Shown here: piece by piece, positions 24,070-33,837 of the stretch | How the letters are laid out: the number at the start of each line of letters is the position of its first letter | Position numbering within the stretch: position 1 is the first letter of the stretch | Assembly (NCBI GenBank): GCA_964491385.1 | Contig: CAZBGA010000006.1 | Location: 5,445 to 69,444 of the forward strand | Direction: 5' to 3' | Length of the DNA: 64,000 nt | Source: an uncultured Treponemataceae bacterium | GTDB taxonomy: Bacteria > Spirochaetota > Spirochaetia > Treponematales > Rectinemataceae | The notes under the pieces: model-generated | What the model was told of the DNA's origin: nothing | Database searches by the model: none | What the model saw: the letters and a program-made list of their open reading frames with translations, nothing else | Translations under genes and position numbers: made by a program

Positions 24070-26208
24070 TCAAGTAGCCCGTCGGGCGTCGAATACCTCG
24101 AGCTGGGGCGTCTCCATTCCGTTGAATCGATTTATGGTGATCTTGAAGACGAGGTCGATGCGATCGCCTTGCTTGCTGTCGTAATCGAAGGCGAAATCGC
24201 GCTGGAGCCTCTGCGCGCCGTCCCAGAAGAGCGCGGGCCATTTGTGCTTGCCGAAATCCAAGGTCAATTTGAGATGATTCTGGTCCTTCTTGCCGACGAG
24301 CTGCGCGTCGGCTATGGGCACGTCCTTCGCCAGGAAGACGAGGGGCTCGTTGGCCTCCCCGAAGGGCTCGAAACGCTCCGAGACGGTCGCGATATCTGGC
24401 CTGAGGTAGTCGTGAGGGAGCTCGGCGTCGATCTCGATGCTCTCCTCTCCGTCCTCGAGCTCGAGGGCCTGGGAATAGGAGATCGTCCGCGCCACGAACT
24501 CCGGCCAATCCTTCATGGCGAGGCTGAATCCGGCCGCCGCGTCGTGTCCGCCGTAGTCGATGAAGAGGTCGGCGCATGCCTCGAGGAAGGAGGAGGTGGG
24601 GAAGCCGCGGACCGAACGGATGGAGCCGACGACGGTGCCGTCCTCCTGGAAGGATGCCACTATCGCTGGGACCTTGAATACGCCCGTCATCTTGGACGCA
24701 AGAAGGCCCGTGATACCCCTGTGCACCTCGGACGAGCCCACTACGGCCAACTTGTCTCCGCGTGGAGCGAGGCTCTCGCGGGCGGCGGGATAGATCGCGT
24801 CCCAGGTTTCGCCGCCGAGGCGCCGGCGCTCGACGTTCATCTGGATGACCTCTTCGGCGAATGTCTCGCGCTCGGGCCTGCTCTTGGCGGAGAACAGGGA
24901 TACGGCTTTGTCGGCCGCTCCCATCCTGCCCGCTGCGTTGACGATGGGCGTGACCTGCCAGGCGATGTCGCCCGCGCCTAGTCTCTTGCCGAGGAGATTG
25001 ATCTTCTGGAAAAGCTCGGACAGTCCGGGTCGAGGTTTCTGATTGAGGGCCGCGAGGCCGCGGCGGACGAGGATGCGGTTCTCGTCGCGCAGCGGCATAA
25101 GGTCGGCGATGGTGCCGAGGGCGACGAGCTGGAGGCGCTCGAGGTCGTCCTCCCCGAACCAGTCGGCCTTCTTCAGGGCAAAGGAGACGAAGATGTTCTC
25201 GAGGACGTCGATCTCCTCGAGGCTCCCGCTCGCGTAGCGTCCGATCTTGGAGATCTCCTTGAGCCTGAGAAGGCTCTGGCCCTTGGTTTGGGCGATGTAC
25301 TCGCCTGCGTCCGGCGCGAGGTCGTAGAAGAGGACCTCCGCTCCCTTGCCCAGGGCCTTCTCGAGGAGGCGGCGCTGGAGTCCGCCGTCCCAGACGAAGA
25401 TCTGCCTGTCCTGTAGGAAGGGCACGAGGCGCGTGCGCCCCAGGTCCAGCATGCCGGGGACTATGGTCTCGCTCATCCTCCCCGTCTCGACGAGGTTGGA
25501 AAGCCGCACCGCCTCCACCGCGTATGCCTCGTTGACGGGCCTTACGTTGAGCAGGGCGATCTGCTGCTTGTAGATGCCGGTTCGGGCGAGCTTGAGGGCG
25601 GAGGCGAGCTTGTAGACGACGCCGCAGCCGGCGAGATCGCGGAAGGGGTAGCCCGAATCCGGCAACTTGGGGTCGATTACGGCGAGGGCGGGAGGAGGGT
25701 CGCCGGCCTGGAGCCGATGGTGATCCGCCACGATGACGTCGACGCCGAGCTCGGCGGCGCGCTCTATCTCGGCGTGGTTGGATATGCCGCAGTCCACGGT
25801 AAGAATCAGCGTACCGCCGGCGGCCGCGAACTCCTCGACGACCGCGACGGAGAGACCGTATGCCTCCCTCGCGAGGGGAACGCGCCAGACTGCCTCGATT
25901 CCCGCCTCGCGAAGCGACTCGACCATGAGGACGGTGCTCGTTACGCCGTCCGCGTCGCGGTCGCCGAAGACGAGGACCTTCTCTCCGTCGTCGGCGGCGA
26001 GGAGGATGCGGTCGACCGCGTCTTCCATCTGAACGAACAGGAAGGGGTTGCGCAGGTAGCGTGGATCGTCCTCGAGATAGTAGAGGAGCTCGGCCGGATC
26101 GGTGATGCCGCGTCGCGCGAGGATCGAGGCCGTGAGGAGGTCGAGGCCGTAGCGGGTCGACAGCTCCTTGACCGATTGGGGCGAGACCTCCTTTTTGTTC
26201 CAATTCAT
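24070..26208 (-). CDS. recJ: single-stranded-DNA-specific exonuclease RecJ
   Basis: VLVFGDRDADGVTS (DHH motif I), TVDCGI, ADHH, plus a DHHA1-like GGHDAAAGFS. 712 aa. Confidence 0.9.
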   Translation of the reverse strand: MNWNKKEVSPQSVKELSTRYGLDLLTASILARRGITDPAELLYYLEDDPRYLRNPFLFVQMEDAVDRILLAADDGEKVLVFGDRDADGVTSTVLMVESLREAGIEAVWRVPLAREAYGLSVAVVEEFAAAGGTLILTVDCGISNHAEIERAAELGVDVIVADHHRLQAGDPPPALAVIDPKLPDSGYPFRDLAGCGVVYKLASALKLARTGIYKQQIALLNVRPVNEAYAVEAVRLSNLVETGRMSETIVPGMLDLGRTRLVPFLQDRQIFVWDGGLQRRLLEKALGKGAEVLFYDLAPDAGEYIAQTKGQSLLRLKEISKIGRYASGSLEEIDVLENIFVSFALKKADWFGEDDLERLQLVALGTIADLMPLRDENRILVRRGLAALNQKPRPGLSELFQKINLLGKRLGAGDIAWQVTPIVNAAGRMGAADKAVSLFSAKSRPERETFAEEVIQMNVERRRLGGETWDAIYPAARESLAPRGDKLAVVGSSEVHRGITGLLASKMTGVFKVPAIVASFQEDGTVVGSIRSVRGFPTSSFLEACADLFIDYGGHDAAAGFSLAMKDWPEFVARTISYSQALELEDGEESIEIDAELPHDYLRPDIATVSERFEPFGEANEPLVFLAKDVPIADAQLVGKKDQNHLKLTLDFGKHKWPALFWDGAQRLQRDFAFDYDSKQGDRIDLVFKITINRFNGMETPQLEVFDARRAT

Positions 26209-26218
26209 TCGGATGCCT

Positions 26219-27529
26219 TCATAATGCGCTTATTTCCTTTATGATGAGGGGTCGGGCTTCGGGCGGGGAGGGGGAGATCGCGAATGCCGAGACGGCCAGG
26301 GGCAGGGCCGTCTCGATCGCCGCCGCATCCTTGCCGTACACCGTGCAGACGTGCTCGCCTGCCGTGACCTCGTGGCCGGCCTTCTTCTTGAAAACGAAGC
26401 CGACGTCGGGGTATACGGGATCGGTGGTCCGATCGCGCCCGACGCCCAGGTACACTCCCGCGAGACCGATCTTGTAGGCGTCGATGCCGGCTATGTAGCC
26501 GGACACCGGAGCGAGTATCTCATAGGAATCCTTCGCCCGCCATCGGCCGCGGAGCTCGAAGAGACGATCGATCCTGCCGCCCTGACTGCGGACATTGGCC
26601 AGGAAAAGGTCGCGCGCGATGCCGAGCCTGATCGCATCGCGGCATCGCCGCTCCCCTTCCTGCACGGTCTTCGCCGCTCCACCCGCGACGAGCATCCAGG
26701 CGCCCAGGCGATAGGTCACTTCCATGAGATCGCCGGGTCCCGCGCCCTCGAGGCAGTCGAGACTCTCCTCGACCTCGAGGAAGTTGCCGACCTTGAGCCC
26801 GAGAGGCTCGGCCATGTCGGTTATGACGCCGACGATCCGCTTGCCCATGGCGGTGCCCGTGCTCACGAGGCTTTGCGCGAGCGCCTCGGCCGTTTCCGCC
26901 GTCTTCATGAAGGCGCCGGGGCCGGCCTTGACGTCGAAGACGATTGCCTCGGCGCCTTCGGCCACTTTCTTCGAAAGGATCGAGGCAGTGATCAGAGGAA
27001 TGGACTCGACCGTCGCGGTGACGTCGCGTAGGGCGTAGAGTTTCTTGTCCGCGGGCACCGTCTCCGAGGTCTGGCCGGTCATCGCGAAGCCGTCCCGGCG
27101 GATGAACTCGCGGAACTCGGCCTCGGATAGGCCGGTGCGGTAGCCGGGTATGGACTCGAGCTTGTCGAGGGTTCCGCCCGTATGGCCGAGCGCCCTGCCC
27201 GACATCATCGGCACCTTGATGCCGCAGGCCGCGACCATCGGAGCGAGGACCAGGGATACCTTGTCGCCGACGCCTCCCGTCGAGTGCTTGTCGACGAAGG
27301 GGCCCGTTATCCCCGAGAGGTCCATGACCTTGCCCGAGCGGAGCATTACGTCGGTGAGGTCGGCGGTTTCGTGGGCGCTCATTCCCTTGAAGAAGACCGC
27401 CATGGCCCAGGCCGAGACCTGGTAATCGGGAACGGAGCCCGAAACGTAGCCGTCGATTAGGGTGGCGATCTCCTCGCGGGAAAGCTCGGCTCCATCCCGC
27501 TTCTTCATGATGATGTCGACTGCGCGCAT
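26219..27529 (-). CDS. pdp: pyrimidine-nucleoside (thymidine) phosphorylase
   Basis: MRAVDIIMKKRDGAELSREEI..., VDKHSTGGVGDKVSLVLAPMVAACG, SGRALGHTGGTLDKLESIPG. Its stop lies 10 nt before the recJ start. Confidence 0.9.
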   Translation of the reverse strand: MRAVDIIMKKRDGAELSREEIATLIDGYVSGSVPDYQVSAWAMAVFFKGMSAHETADLTDVMLRSGKVMDLSGITGPFVDKHSTGGVGDKVSLVLAPMVAACGIKVPMMSGRALGHTGGTLDKLESIPGYRTGLSEAEFREFIRRDGFAMTGQTSETVPADKKLYALRDVTATVESIPLITASILSKKVAEGAEAIVFDVKAGPGAFMKTAETAEALAQSLVSTGTAMGKRIVGVITDMAEPLGLKVGNFLEVEESLDCLEGAGPGDLMEVTYRLGAWMLVAGGAAKTVQEGERRCRDAIRLGIARDLFLANVRSQGGRIDRLFELRGRWRAKDSYEILAPVSGYIAGIDAYKIGLAGVYLGVGRDRTTDPVYPDVGFVFKKKAGHEVTAGEHVCTVYGKDAAAIETALPLAVSAFAISPSPPEARPLIIKEISAL

Positions 27530-27640
27530 GGCTATCCCTCTCAGCCTAGACTCAACGCGCAGGGTCGGGCTGCGCGATTCAAGACGAAGTCGGCCTTCAC
27601 GGAAAGGTCGACGAAACCCGCAGCGAGCCTCGAACTCCTG

Positions 27641-28264
27641 CTAAAGCTCTACGTCCCGCAGTTCAGTATACACTGCTCCCGAGCTCCGAAGCTCGGATCT
27701 GTACAGGACGCAGCGTTTAAAAGTCCATGCCCCCTCCGGCCGGACTTCCTCGAGGGACGGGGCGGAAAGCCTCCCGACGCCGGAAACGAGCCGGGCGATA
27801 GTCGCGTGCGCCGAAAAAGCCCGTCCGCCGTGCGGCCCCGCGACGAGGGGAGAGATACCCGCCTTCGTCGCGCCCATGGCAAGCGCCTCATCGAGGCGGC
27901 GACGGAGCTCGCGCAAGCTTCCCGCGTCGTCGATTTCGGCGATCAGGACGCGCCATCGGGCTTTCGAGGGGAAGCCGCTCAATCCGGCGAAGGAGAAGGG
28001 GACATCCCCGAAGTTCGCGGCGGCATCGAGGGACGATGCGGCTACTTCGACCGACCGGCCCTCGATCTCGCCCAGGAAGGCGAGGGTGACGTGATAGCCT
28101 TCGGGCCTCGCCCAAGCCAGCTTGGGTTCCCGAGCGCGCTTCGTCGCCGTGAGTCTCGGCGTCGAGGATATGCCGCTCCGGACGCTTCGGCGATAAGTCG
28201 CAGCGGCACGCGCCAGTTCTTCACGCGCGGCTTCGGGGAGGGGCAAGGCTATGAAGCACCTCAC
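27641..28264 (-). CDS. thpR: RNA 2',3'-cyclic phosphodiesterase / 2'-5' RNA ligase (2H phosphoesterase, ThpR/LigT)
   Basis: Two HxT/S motifs (HVTLAFLG and HATIARL). The GTG start at 28264 overlaps the recO TGA (GTGA). The rest of the 503-aa ORF 27641..29152 is an out-of-frame shadow of recO. Confidence 0.8.
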   Translation of the reverse strand: MRCFIALPLPEAAREELARAAATYRRSVRSGISSTPRLTATKRAREPKLAWARPEGYHVTLAFLGEIEGRSVEVAASSLDAAANFGDVPFSFAGLSGFPSKARWRVLIAEIDDAGSLRELRRRLDEALAMGATKAGISPLVAGPHGGRAFSAHATIARLVSGVGRLSAPSLEEVRPEGAWTFKRCVLYRSELRSSGAVYTELRDVEL

Positions 28265-29115
28265 AGCAGCCCGGCCCCGTGCGAGAATGACGCCAGGGGA
28301 GCCTCCGCGGCGCGGCGGGCCAGGCCGAATACCAGGACCTTGAGCGAGTCGAGGCAGTCGGGCGCTATCTTCGCTCGTGCCGCCTCGGAGAAGGGCAAGG
28401 CCGAGGCGCGCTCCAGCCAGTGGAAGACATCCGGTCCCAGGCGCAATATTCGACCTCCAGTACCGATGAAGCGCGAGGCGTCGCCCTGATTGGACCCGAG
28501 ATCGGCGGACTCTCCCTCCGGTCGAGAGGCATTGACTTCGCGCGCGGCGCAGCCCGGGCAGAGGAAGCCCTCCCGGACGAAGGAATAGGCGCCGCCGGAA
28601 GCGGGCCGGATGGCCGATCCGCAGAGGGAGCAGGCGCTTGGGTCGGGTCCGACGCCGATGAGGGAAAGCAGGCGCCAGACGAAGGCGAGGATTGGTCGCG
28701 CCGCGCCGCCTCCACCCGCGGCGTTTTCGCCTAAGCGGTCCAAGACCGCGAGGCAGCCGGTGGCGAGATCGAGTACGAGGGGGAAGTCGCCGCCGCCGCC
28801 CGAGGTCTTTATGAGGAGTTCGGCGACGAGGCCGGCCGACCAAAGACGCTCGAGATCGTCTCGCAGCGCCGGATACGAGTCCCTGACCTCGAAATCGGAG
28901 AGCTTCTGGAAGTCCTTGACCGGGTCCAGGTAGACGAAGGCCCTGCCGGACGCATAGGGCGAGGCTAGGGAGCGCAGTTTGGACTTGGGTCCACCGAAGA
29001 CGAAAACGTCGACGAGTCCGGCTTCGGCGGTCATCAGGGTGAGTATTCTCGAACCCCCCGGGCTTTCCCTCGCGCGGAGGGCGAGGGCTTCGTAGACCAA
29101 GTTCCTCGTCGGCAC
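28261..29115 (-). CDS. recO: DNA repair protein RecO
   Basis: N-terminal OB-like ...VYEALALRARESPGGSRILTLMTAEAGLVDVFVFGG and zinc-finger CSLCGS...CPGC. Confidence 0.85.
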   Translation of the reverse strand: MPTRNLVYEALALRARESPGGSRILTLMTAEAGLVDVFVFGGPKSKLRSLASPYASGRAFVYLDPVKDFQKLSDFEVRDSYPALRDDLERLWSAGLVAELLIKTSGGGGDFPLVLDLATGCLAVLDRLGENAAGGGGAARPILAFVWRLLSLIGVGPDPSACSLCGSAIRPASGGAYSFVREGFLCPGCAAREVNASRPEGESADLGSNQGDASRFIGTGGRILRLGPDVFHWLERASALPFSEAARAKIAPDCLDSLKVLVFGLARRAAEAPLASFSHGAGLL

Positions 29116-29183
29116 GCCGAGGAGTATCCGGCCCGCGCGAGGAGGCTGTCAATCATCGCCCGGTTGCCCCTCGGCGTTCGGAC

Positions 29184-29834
29184 ATGCTATTAAGCTTCAT
29201 GCTCCGCCTTCTCCTCCTCGACCTCGACAATACCCTCTATCCCGAATCGCGGGGCATGGACCGCGATATCGTCGAGCGCATGAACGGCTACGTAGCGCGC
29301 TACTTGGGGATATCGACTCGAGCGGCCTTGGCCCTACGCCGCGAGAGGGCGAAGAATTACGGCACTACGCTCGAGTGGCTTACGGTAGAGCAGGGATTCA
29401 CCGACCCGGAATCCTTCTTTGCCGCCGTTCATCCCGAGGGCGAGGAGTACTGCCTGGAGCCCGACCCCCAGCTGCTGCGCGCCCTCGACGCCGTGGATCT
29501 GCCCAAAGCCGTCCTCACAAATAGCCCTTCGGAGCACGCTTATCGCGTCCTGCGCAAGCTCGGCTTGTCCGACCGATTCGCGGCCGTCTATGACATTCGC
29601 TTCAACGCTCTTCGGGGCAAGCCCCATGCCGAGGCCTATCGCAGGGCGTGCGAAGCCTCAGGGGTGGAAATCGAGGAGACGCTCTTCGTGGACGATATGC
29701 CCAAATACGTACGCGCCTTTCTCGATCTCGGCGGCCGGGGCCTCCTCGTCGACGAGGCGGACCGCTTCGCCGACGAAGGATTGCCTCGCGTCCACGGCCT
29801 GGTCGAGCTGCCAGGCTACCTGGCGGGGCCCTGA
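29184..29834 (+). CDS. HAD-superfamily hydrolase (pyrimidine 5'-nucleotidase-like)
   Basis: Motif I LLDLDNTLY, motif II VLTNS, motif IV FVDD. The true start may be the second ATG at 29199. Confidence 0.75.
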   Translation: MLLSFMLRLLLLDLDNTLYPESRGMDRDIVERMNGYVARYLGISTRAALALRRERAKNYGTTLEWLTVEQGFTDPESFFAAVHPEGEEYCLEPDPQLLRALDAVDLPKAVLTNSPSEHAYRVLRKLGLSDRFAAVYDIRFNALRGKPHAEAYRRACEASGVEIEETLFVDDMPKYVRAFLDLGGRGLLVDEADRFADEGLPRVHGLVELPGYLAGP

Positions 29835-30024
29835 TCCGGGAATCCGACGAATGGTACCAAGCCGACCGGCTCCAGGGCATCGTCGACGAAGGGGCCTTTC
29901 GGCCTGAAAAGCGCATTCGCCTCCATATCGAGCGCTTGACCCTAGTCGCCTGAGCCGATTATTCTTGGCCGTATCCCGCTTACAAATCAGCGCCACGATT
30001 TACGGATACTCCAGGAGGTTTTCC

Positions 30025-30606
30025 ATGCCCGAAACCCGCGTGCTCATCAATCTGTCCAACCGCCACATCCATGTCTCGAAGGAGGACCTCGAGGCCCTGT
30101 TCGGAAAGGGGCACCAACTGACAAAGACCAAGGACCTCATCCAGCCCGGCCAGTTCGCCTGCGCCGAGACGGTGACCATCAAGGGTCCGAAGGGACAGTT
30201 CGATGGCGTTCGCATCCTCGGCCCCGTGCGCAAGGAGACTCAGTGCGAAATCCTCGCAAGCGACCAGTTCAAGCTTGGCGTGCCCGGCTGCCCGACGCGC
30301 GAGTCCGGCCAGCTTGACGGCTCTTTCCCTATGGAGATAGTCGGCCCCGCCGGTACCTTGAAGAAGGAGCGCGGCCTCATCGTCGCCAAGCGCCACATCC
30401 ACTTCGATCCCGAGGCGGCGGCGCGCTACGGCGTACGGGACAAGGAACTCGTCGGACTTCGAGTCCCCGGGGAGCGCGGCGCCGTCTTCGATAACGTAGT
30501 CTGCCGCGTCAGCTCGATCTACGCGCTCGAGTGCCATCTCGACTTCGACGAGGGCAACGCCGTGGGCATCGGCAACGGCAGCTTCGGCGAGATAATCAAG
30601 AAATGA
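30025..30606 (+). CDS. pduL: phosphate propanoyl/acetyl-transferase PduL
   Basis: Two PduL repeats ([20 protein letters not shown]...GVRILGP and [18 protein letters not shown]). ATG at 30025 lies 7 nt after AGGAGG. Confidence 0.85.
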   Translation: MPETRVLINLSNRHIHVSKEDLEALFGKGHQLTKTKDLIQPGQFACAETVTIKGPKGQFDGVRILGPVRKETQCEILASDQFKLGVPGCPTRESGQLDGSFPMEIVGPAGTLKKERGLIVAKRHIHFDPEAAARYGVRDKELVGLRVPGERGAVFDNVVCRVSSIYALECHLDFDEGNAVGIGNGSFGEIIKK

Positions 30607-31688
30607 GCAAGATCGTATTGAAAGCGAAGGACCTCGACGGGTTCTTCACCGCGGCCGACAAGGCCTCCCTCTCCCGGATGGACGCCAGATTCCGGGAGGC
30701 CATGGCCTCCTTCGACATTCTCTCCAACGCGGCCACCGACGGCGAGCGGCGGAAGGAAGAGCAGCGCCTCATCGGCCTCTACAACGACATGGGCTCCCTG
30801 ATGCAGGATATCTGCCGGGACGAGAAGGGCATCCAGGTCTACTCTTTCGTCACTCCGCCCGAGAGCCACGGCGAGGCGAGCCGCCTCATCGCCAAGCTGC
30901 GCGACGTGCGGACGGGCCGCCAGGAGTTCGTCTACTACATTCAGCGGGCCTACGAGCTCCTGTTCAACCTGGCCTTCGGGGCCTCGGGCCCCTCGGCCTC
31001 GGGCGCTCCCCGTCCTGACAAGAACCACCTAATCGTCAAGACGCCGGTGAACGTCCCCGTCCAGAATTACGCCGTGCACAAGATCCCCAACGTCGACGCC
31101 GCGATCGAGAGCTCGGTGATGTGCGTCATGCTCCGAGGCGCCCTCCTCCCGTCGATAATCATGTCCAAGGAGATCCAGGAGTACTCCTCATCCGGCTACG
31201 TGACGCCCTTCGCCCTGTTCAAGATCAAGCGCGACGACTCGAAGAGCGAGATGGACATGGAATACATCATGGATCTCGAGCGCTCCTACTTCAAGCCGGA
31301 CGAGCTCGACGGCAAGGACCTCATATTCGCGGACCCGATGAACGCCACCGGCGGGAGCATGGTCACCGTCGTGCGGTACCTCCTCGACCTCGGCATAAAG
31401 CCGAAATCCGTGAAGTGCCTCAACGTCATTTCCGCCCTCAAGGGGGCCTTGCGTATAACGCGCGCCGTCGAGCACGCGACCGTGTACACGCTATGGATGG
31501 ATCCGATGCTCAACGAGCGCGCCTACATCATGCCGGGCCTCGGCGACGCAGGCGACCGCATCAACGGCCGCGACGAGGACGAGAGGCCGCGCGACATCCT
31601 TCAGCTCATCGCGGACTACGGCTCAAACGTCACGGGGCTCTACCGATCCCAGCTGCGCACGATCGAGGCGACGGTGCTCAGGAGATAG
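30603..31688 (+). CDS. uracil phosphoribosyltransferase-fold protein with ~130-aa N-terminal and ~40-aa C-terminal extensions
   Basis: ATGA overlap with pduL. PRPP loop [13 protein letters not shown] and UPRTase signature [17 protein letters not shown]. The N-terminal 130 aa match nothing I recognise. Confidence 0.7.
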   Translation: MSKIVLKAKDLDGFFTAADKASLSRMDARFREAMASFDILSNAATDGERRKEEQRLIGLYNDMGSLMQDICRDEKGIQVYSFVTPPESHGEASRLIAKLRDVRTGRQEFVYYIQRAYELLFNLAFGASGPSASGAPRPDKNHLIVKTPVNVPVQNYAVHKIPNVDAAIESSVMCVMLRGALLPSIIMSKEIQEYSSSGYVTPFALFKIKRDDSKSEMDMEYIMDLERSYFKPDELDGKDLIFADPMNATGGSMVTVVRYLLDLGIKPKSVKCLNVISALKGALRITRAVEHATVYTLWMDPMLNERAYIMPGLGDAGDRINGRDEDERPRDILQLIADYGSNVTGLYRSQLRTIEATVLRR

Positions 31689-31790
31689 CGGCGGAAGGGG
31701 GAGCGCGGTCGGGGCCGTACGAGTCGCCGCTCCCCCCGATCCGCTTCTACCCTTCATCGAACGCGCGTTCTCGCCGGGACCTCGCGCAGG

Positions 31791-32753
31791 CTACGGCAGC
31801 AATACGATCTTCCCGTAGGCGCCTGGTTCCATGACTCTGCGGTGCGCCTGGGGGGCCTGGACCAGGGGCAGCTCGGCGCCGACCACCGGCCGTAAAAAGC
31901 CGCTCCGAAGTCCCGCGGCGATGGCGGCGTGAGCGCTGGTCGCCTCCTCGTCCGGTATGTTCCACAGGAGCATCCCCAGGACCGCGGCATCCTTGGACAT
32001 CAGGTCGCGAGGATTGACGCTCGTCTCGCCGCGGCTGCCGATGACTACGACGCGTCCCCGGCGCGCGAGCATCTGCAGGTCGGCCCCGAGATTGACGTTG
32101 GCGACCATCTCCAGGATGACATCCACTCCTTTCCCGCCGGTCAGGCGCATGGCCTCGTCCCGGTAGCCTTTATCGCCGTGGTCCAGCGCGTGATGCGCAC
32201 CCTCGCGCAAGACCAGTTCGCGTCCCTTGGCGCTGCCCGCCGTCCCGATGACCCGCAGGCCTGCCGCATTGGCGAACTGCAGAGCCGCGATGCCGACCCC
32301 GCCGCTCGCTCCGTGGACGAGGATCGTCTCGCCTGCGCGCGCTCGCGCCAATTGCGTCAGCGCACGATAGGCCGTGGCGTAGGGTACGTAGACGCCTGCG
32401 CCTTGGGAGAAGGATATCCGCTCGGGGAGCGGATGAACCTGGGACTCGAGGGCAAGTGCGTATTCGGCGTAGGTACCGCTCAGGCTGCGGGCGAGGTAGA
32501 CGCGATCGCCGGGCTTCGCGAGCGTTACGCCCGGTCCCACGGAATCGATAAGGCCCGCCCCGTCCGTCCCCGGGGTGAATGGCAGCGGAGGCTTGTTGGC
32601 GTAGTTGCCGCTTCGAGAATAAGTGTCGGCGGGGTTGACCCCGGCTCCGAGGATGCGGACGACGACCTGCCCGGCTCCCGGGATCGGGCTCGGCGTCTCG
32701 TCGATCTTCATTACCTCCGGATCTCCGTACTCCCTGACCATGATCGCTTTCAT
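31791..32753 (-). CDS. NADPH:quinone oxidoreductase / zeta-crystallin-type MDR
   Basis: MKAIMVREYGDPEVM..., GVNPADTY, LVHGASGGVGIAALQFA. I use the second ATG (GAGGAG lies upstream). Confidence 0.8.
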   Translation of the reverse strand: MKAIMVREYGDPEVMKIDETPSPIPGAGQVVVRILGAGVNPADTYSRSGNYANKPPLPFTPGTDGAGLIDSVGPGVTLAKPGDRVYLARSLSGTYAEYALALESQVHPLPERISFSQGAGVYVPYATAYRALTQLARARAGETILVHGASGGVGIAALQFANAAGLRVIGTAGSAKGRELVLREGAHHALDHGDKGYRDEAMRLTGGKGVDVILEMVANVNLGADLQMLARRGRVVVIGSRGETSVNPRDLMSKDAAVLGMLLWNIPDEEATSAHAAIAAGLRSGFLRPVVGAELPLVQAPQAHRRVMEPGAYGKIVLLP

Positions 32754-32787
32754 GCCTTTAGCTCCTCGCATCGGGATAGGATCGGTT

Positions 32788-33078
32788 TCACTTCCTCACC
32801 GCTCCGCCGAACGGGGAGCGGTCGGGACTTAGTAGAAGCATGAAAATCATAACGCTGCTCACCAGAAGGGCCGGCACGTAGACGGACACGATGACCCGAT
32901 TCGCGCCGAGAGGGTAGGCGAATACCCAGTAGCGCAGCGATTGGAAAAACGCTTTCGCAGTGTCCGGCGTCCCGAAGACGACGAACTGCCGAACCATCGC
33001 GCGCGCCGCGAAATCTCGCGAAAGGGCGCCTTTCGGAGCCTTCCGACGCGCTTCGGACTCGCGAGCGGCACCCGCCAT
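32788..33078 (-). CDS. possible small membrane protein (start uncertain; the M28 start at 32997 would give 69 aa)
   Basis: A hand count of third-position G+C gave about 80% in this frame (32841-32900). Hydrophobic tail VYVPALLVSSVMIFMLLL. No family recognised. Confidence 0.3.
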   Translation of the reverse strand: MAGAARESEARRKAPKGALSRDFAARAMVRQFVVFGTPDTAKAFFQSLRYWVFAYPLGANRVIVSVYVPALLVSSVMIFMLLLSPDRSPFGGAVRK

Positions 33079-33093
33079 GCGGCGACGCGCCCG

Positions 33094-33756
33094 CTATCGC
33101 AGATGGGCGGCGAAGAAGCCCGTCGCCTTGACCCATGCGTCCGCGCTCGCTGTTGGCCGGTACGATTGGGGATCGGAATCGCGGAAGAAGGCATGCCCCG
33201 AGTCGGCGTACACTTTAATCTCGTGGACGTTCCCGTTCTCGCCCAGCAGCTGGTCGAACTTCTCGATCGTACCCGCGGGGATCGAAAGGTCGGCGTCGCC
33301 GAAAAGCCCGAGGACGGGCGCCCTGAGCCTGTGTAAGTCGCCGAATAGCGTCTGCATGCCGCCGCCGTAGAAAGTGCACACGGCGTCCAGGGGACGATTG
33401 ATCCCGAGGAGGAGAGACATCCTCCCGCCGAAGCAGAAGCCCACGCTGCCGACCTTTGCCCCGGCATCGGGAAGCTTTCTAATTGCATCGTAGACGGCGC
33501 ATAGGCTTTTATCGGACCCGGTCGCGTATTTCTGGACGAGGCCGGTCGCCTTAGCGTTGTCCCCCAAAGCGGCAAGCTCGCCGCCGAACAGGTCGGGCGC
33601 GAAGGCGAGGTATCCCTTTTCCGCGAATCGGTCCGCGATGCGGCGCGTCTGCTCGTCGAGCCCCCACCATTCGTGAATTACTATTAGCGCGGGCCAGGGG
33701 CCTTTCCCGCTGGGTTTGGCCAGGTGGCCGGCGACGCCCCCGAGGTTGGTGTTCAT
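33094..33756 (-). CDS. dienelactone hydrolase family protein
   Basis: PALIVIHEWWGLDE..., nucleophile elbow GFCFGG, C-terminal HAFF. Confidence 0.8.
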   Translation of the reverse strand: MNTNLGGVAGHLAKPSGKGPWPALIVIHEWWGLDEQTRRIADRFAEKGYLAFAPDLFGGELAALGDNAKATGLVQKYATGSDKSLCAVYDAIRKLPDAGAKVGSVGFCFGGRMSLLLGINRPLDAVCTFYGGGMQTLFGDLHRLRAPVLGLFGDADLSIPAGTIEKFDQLLGENGNVHEIKVYADSGHAFFRDSDPQSYRPTASADAWVKATGFFAAHLR

Positions 33757-33762
33757 GGTTAA

Positions 33763-33792
33763 ATAATATTATTGCGCGTGCCCCGCGGGCAA
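33763..33792 (-). promoter_or_regulatory. TTGCCC-18 nt-TATTAT promoter; the ATG follows the -10 by 6 nt (leaderless candidate); contains the palindrome AATAATATTATT
   Basis: -10 at 33763-33768, -35 at 33787-33792, 12-bp perfect palindrome at 33762-33773. No Shine-Dalgarno before the ATG at 33756. Confidence 0.3.
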
Positions 33793-33837
33793 GAAAAGCG
33801 CTTCATCGAACCCCCGCTCGCTCGATCCTCTTCGAAA

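Noticed and set aside
24047-26203. 718-aa ORF (Arg-rich) on the minus strand
   Set aside because: It is an alternative frame of recJ and is about 25% arginine. The recJ frame carries the DHH/DHHA1 motifs.
27641-29152. 503-aa ORF as a single gene
   Set aside because: Only its C-terminal 207 aa (ThpR) are meaningful. The upstream part is the out-of-frame shadow of recO (28261..29115).
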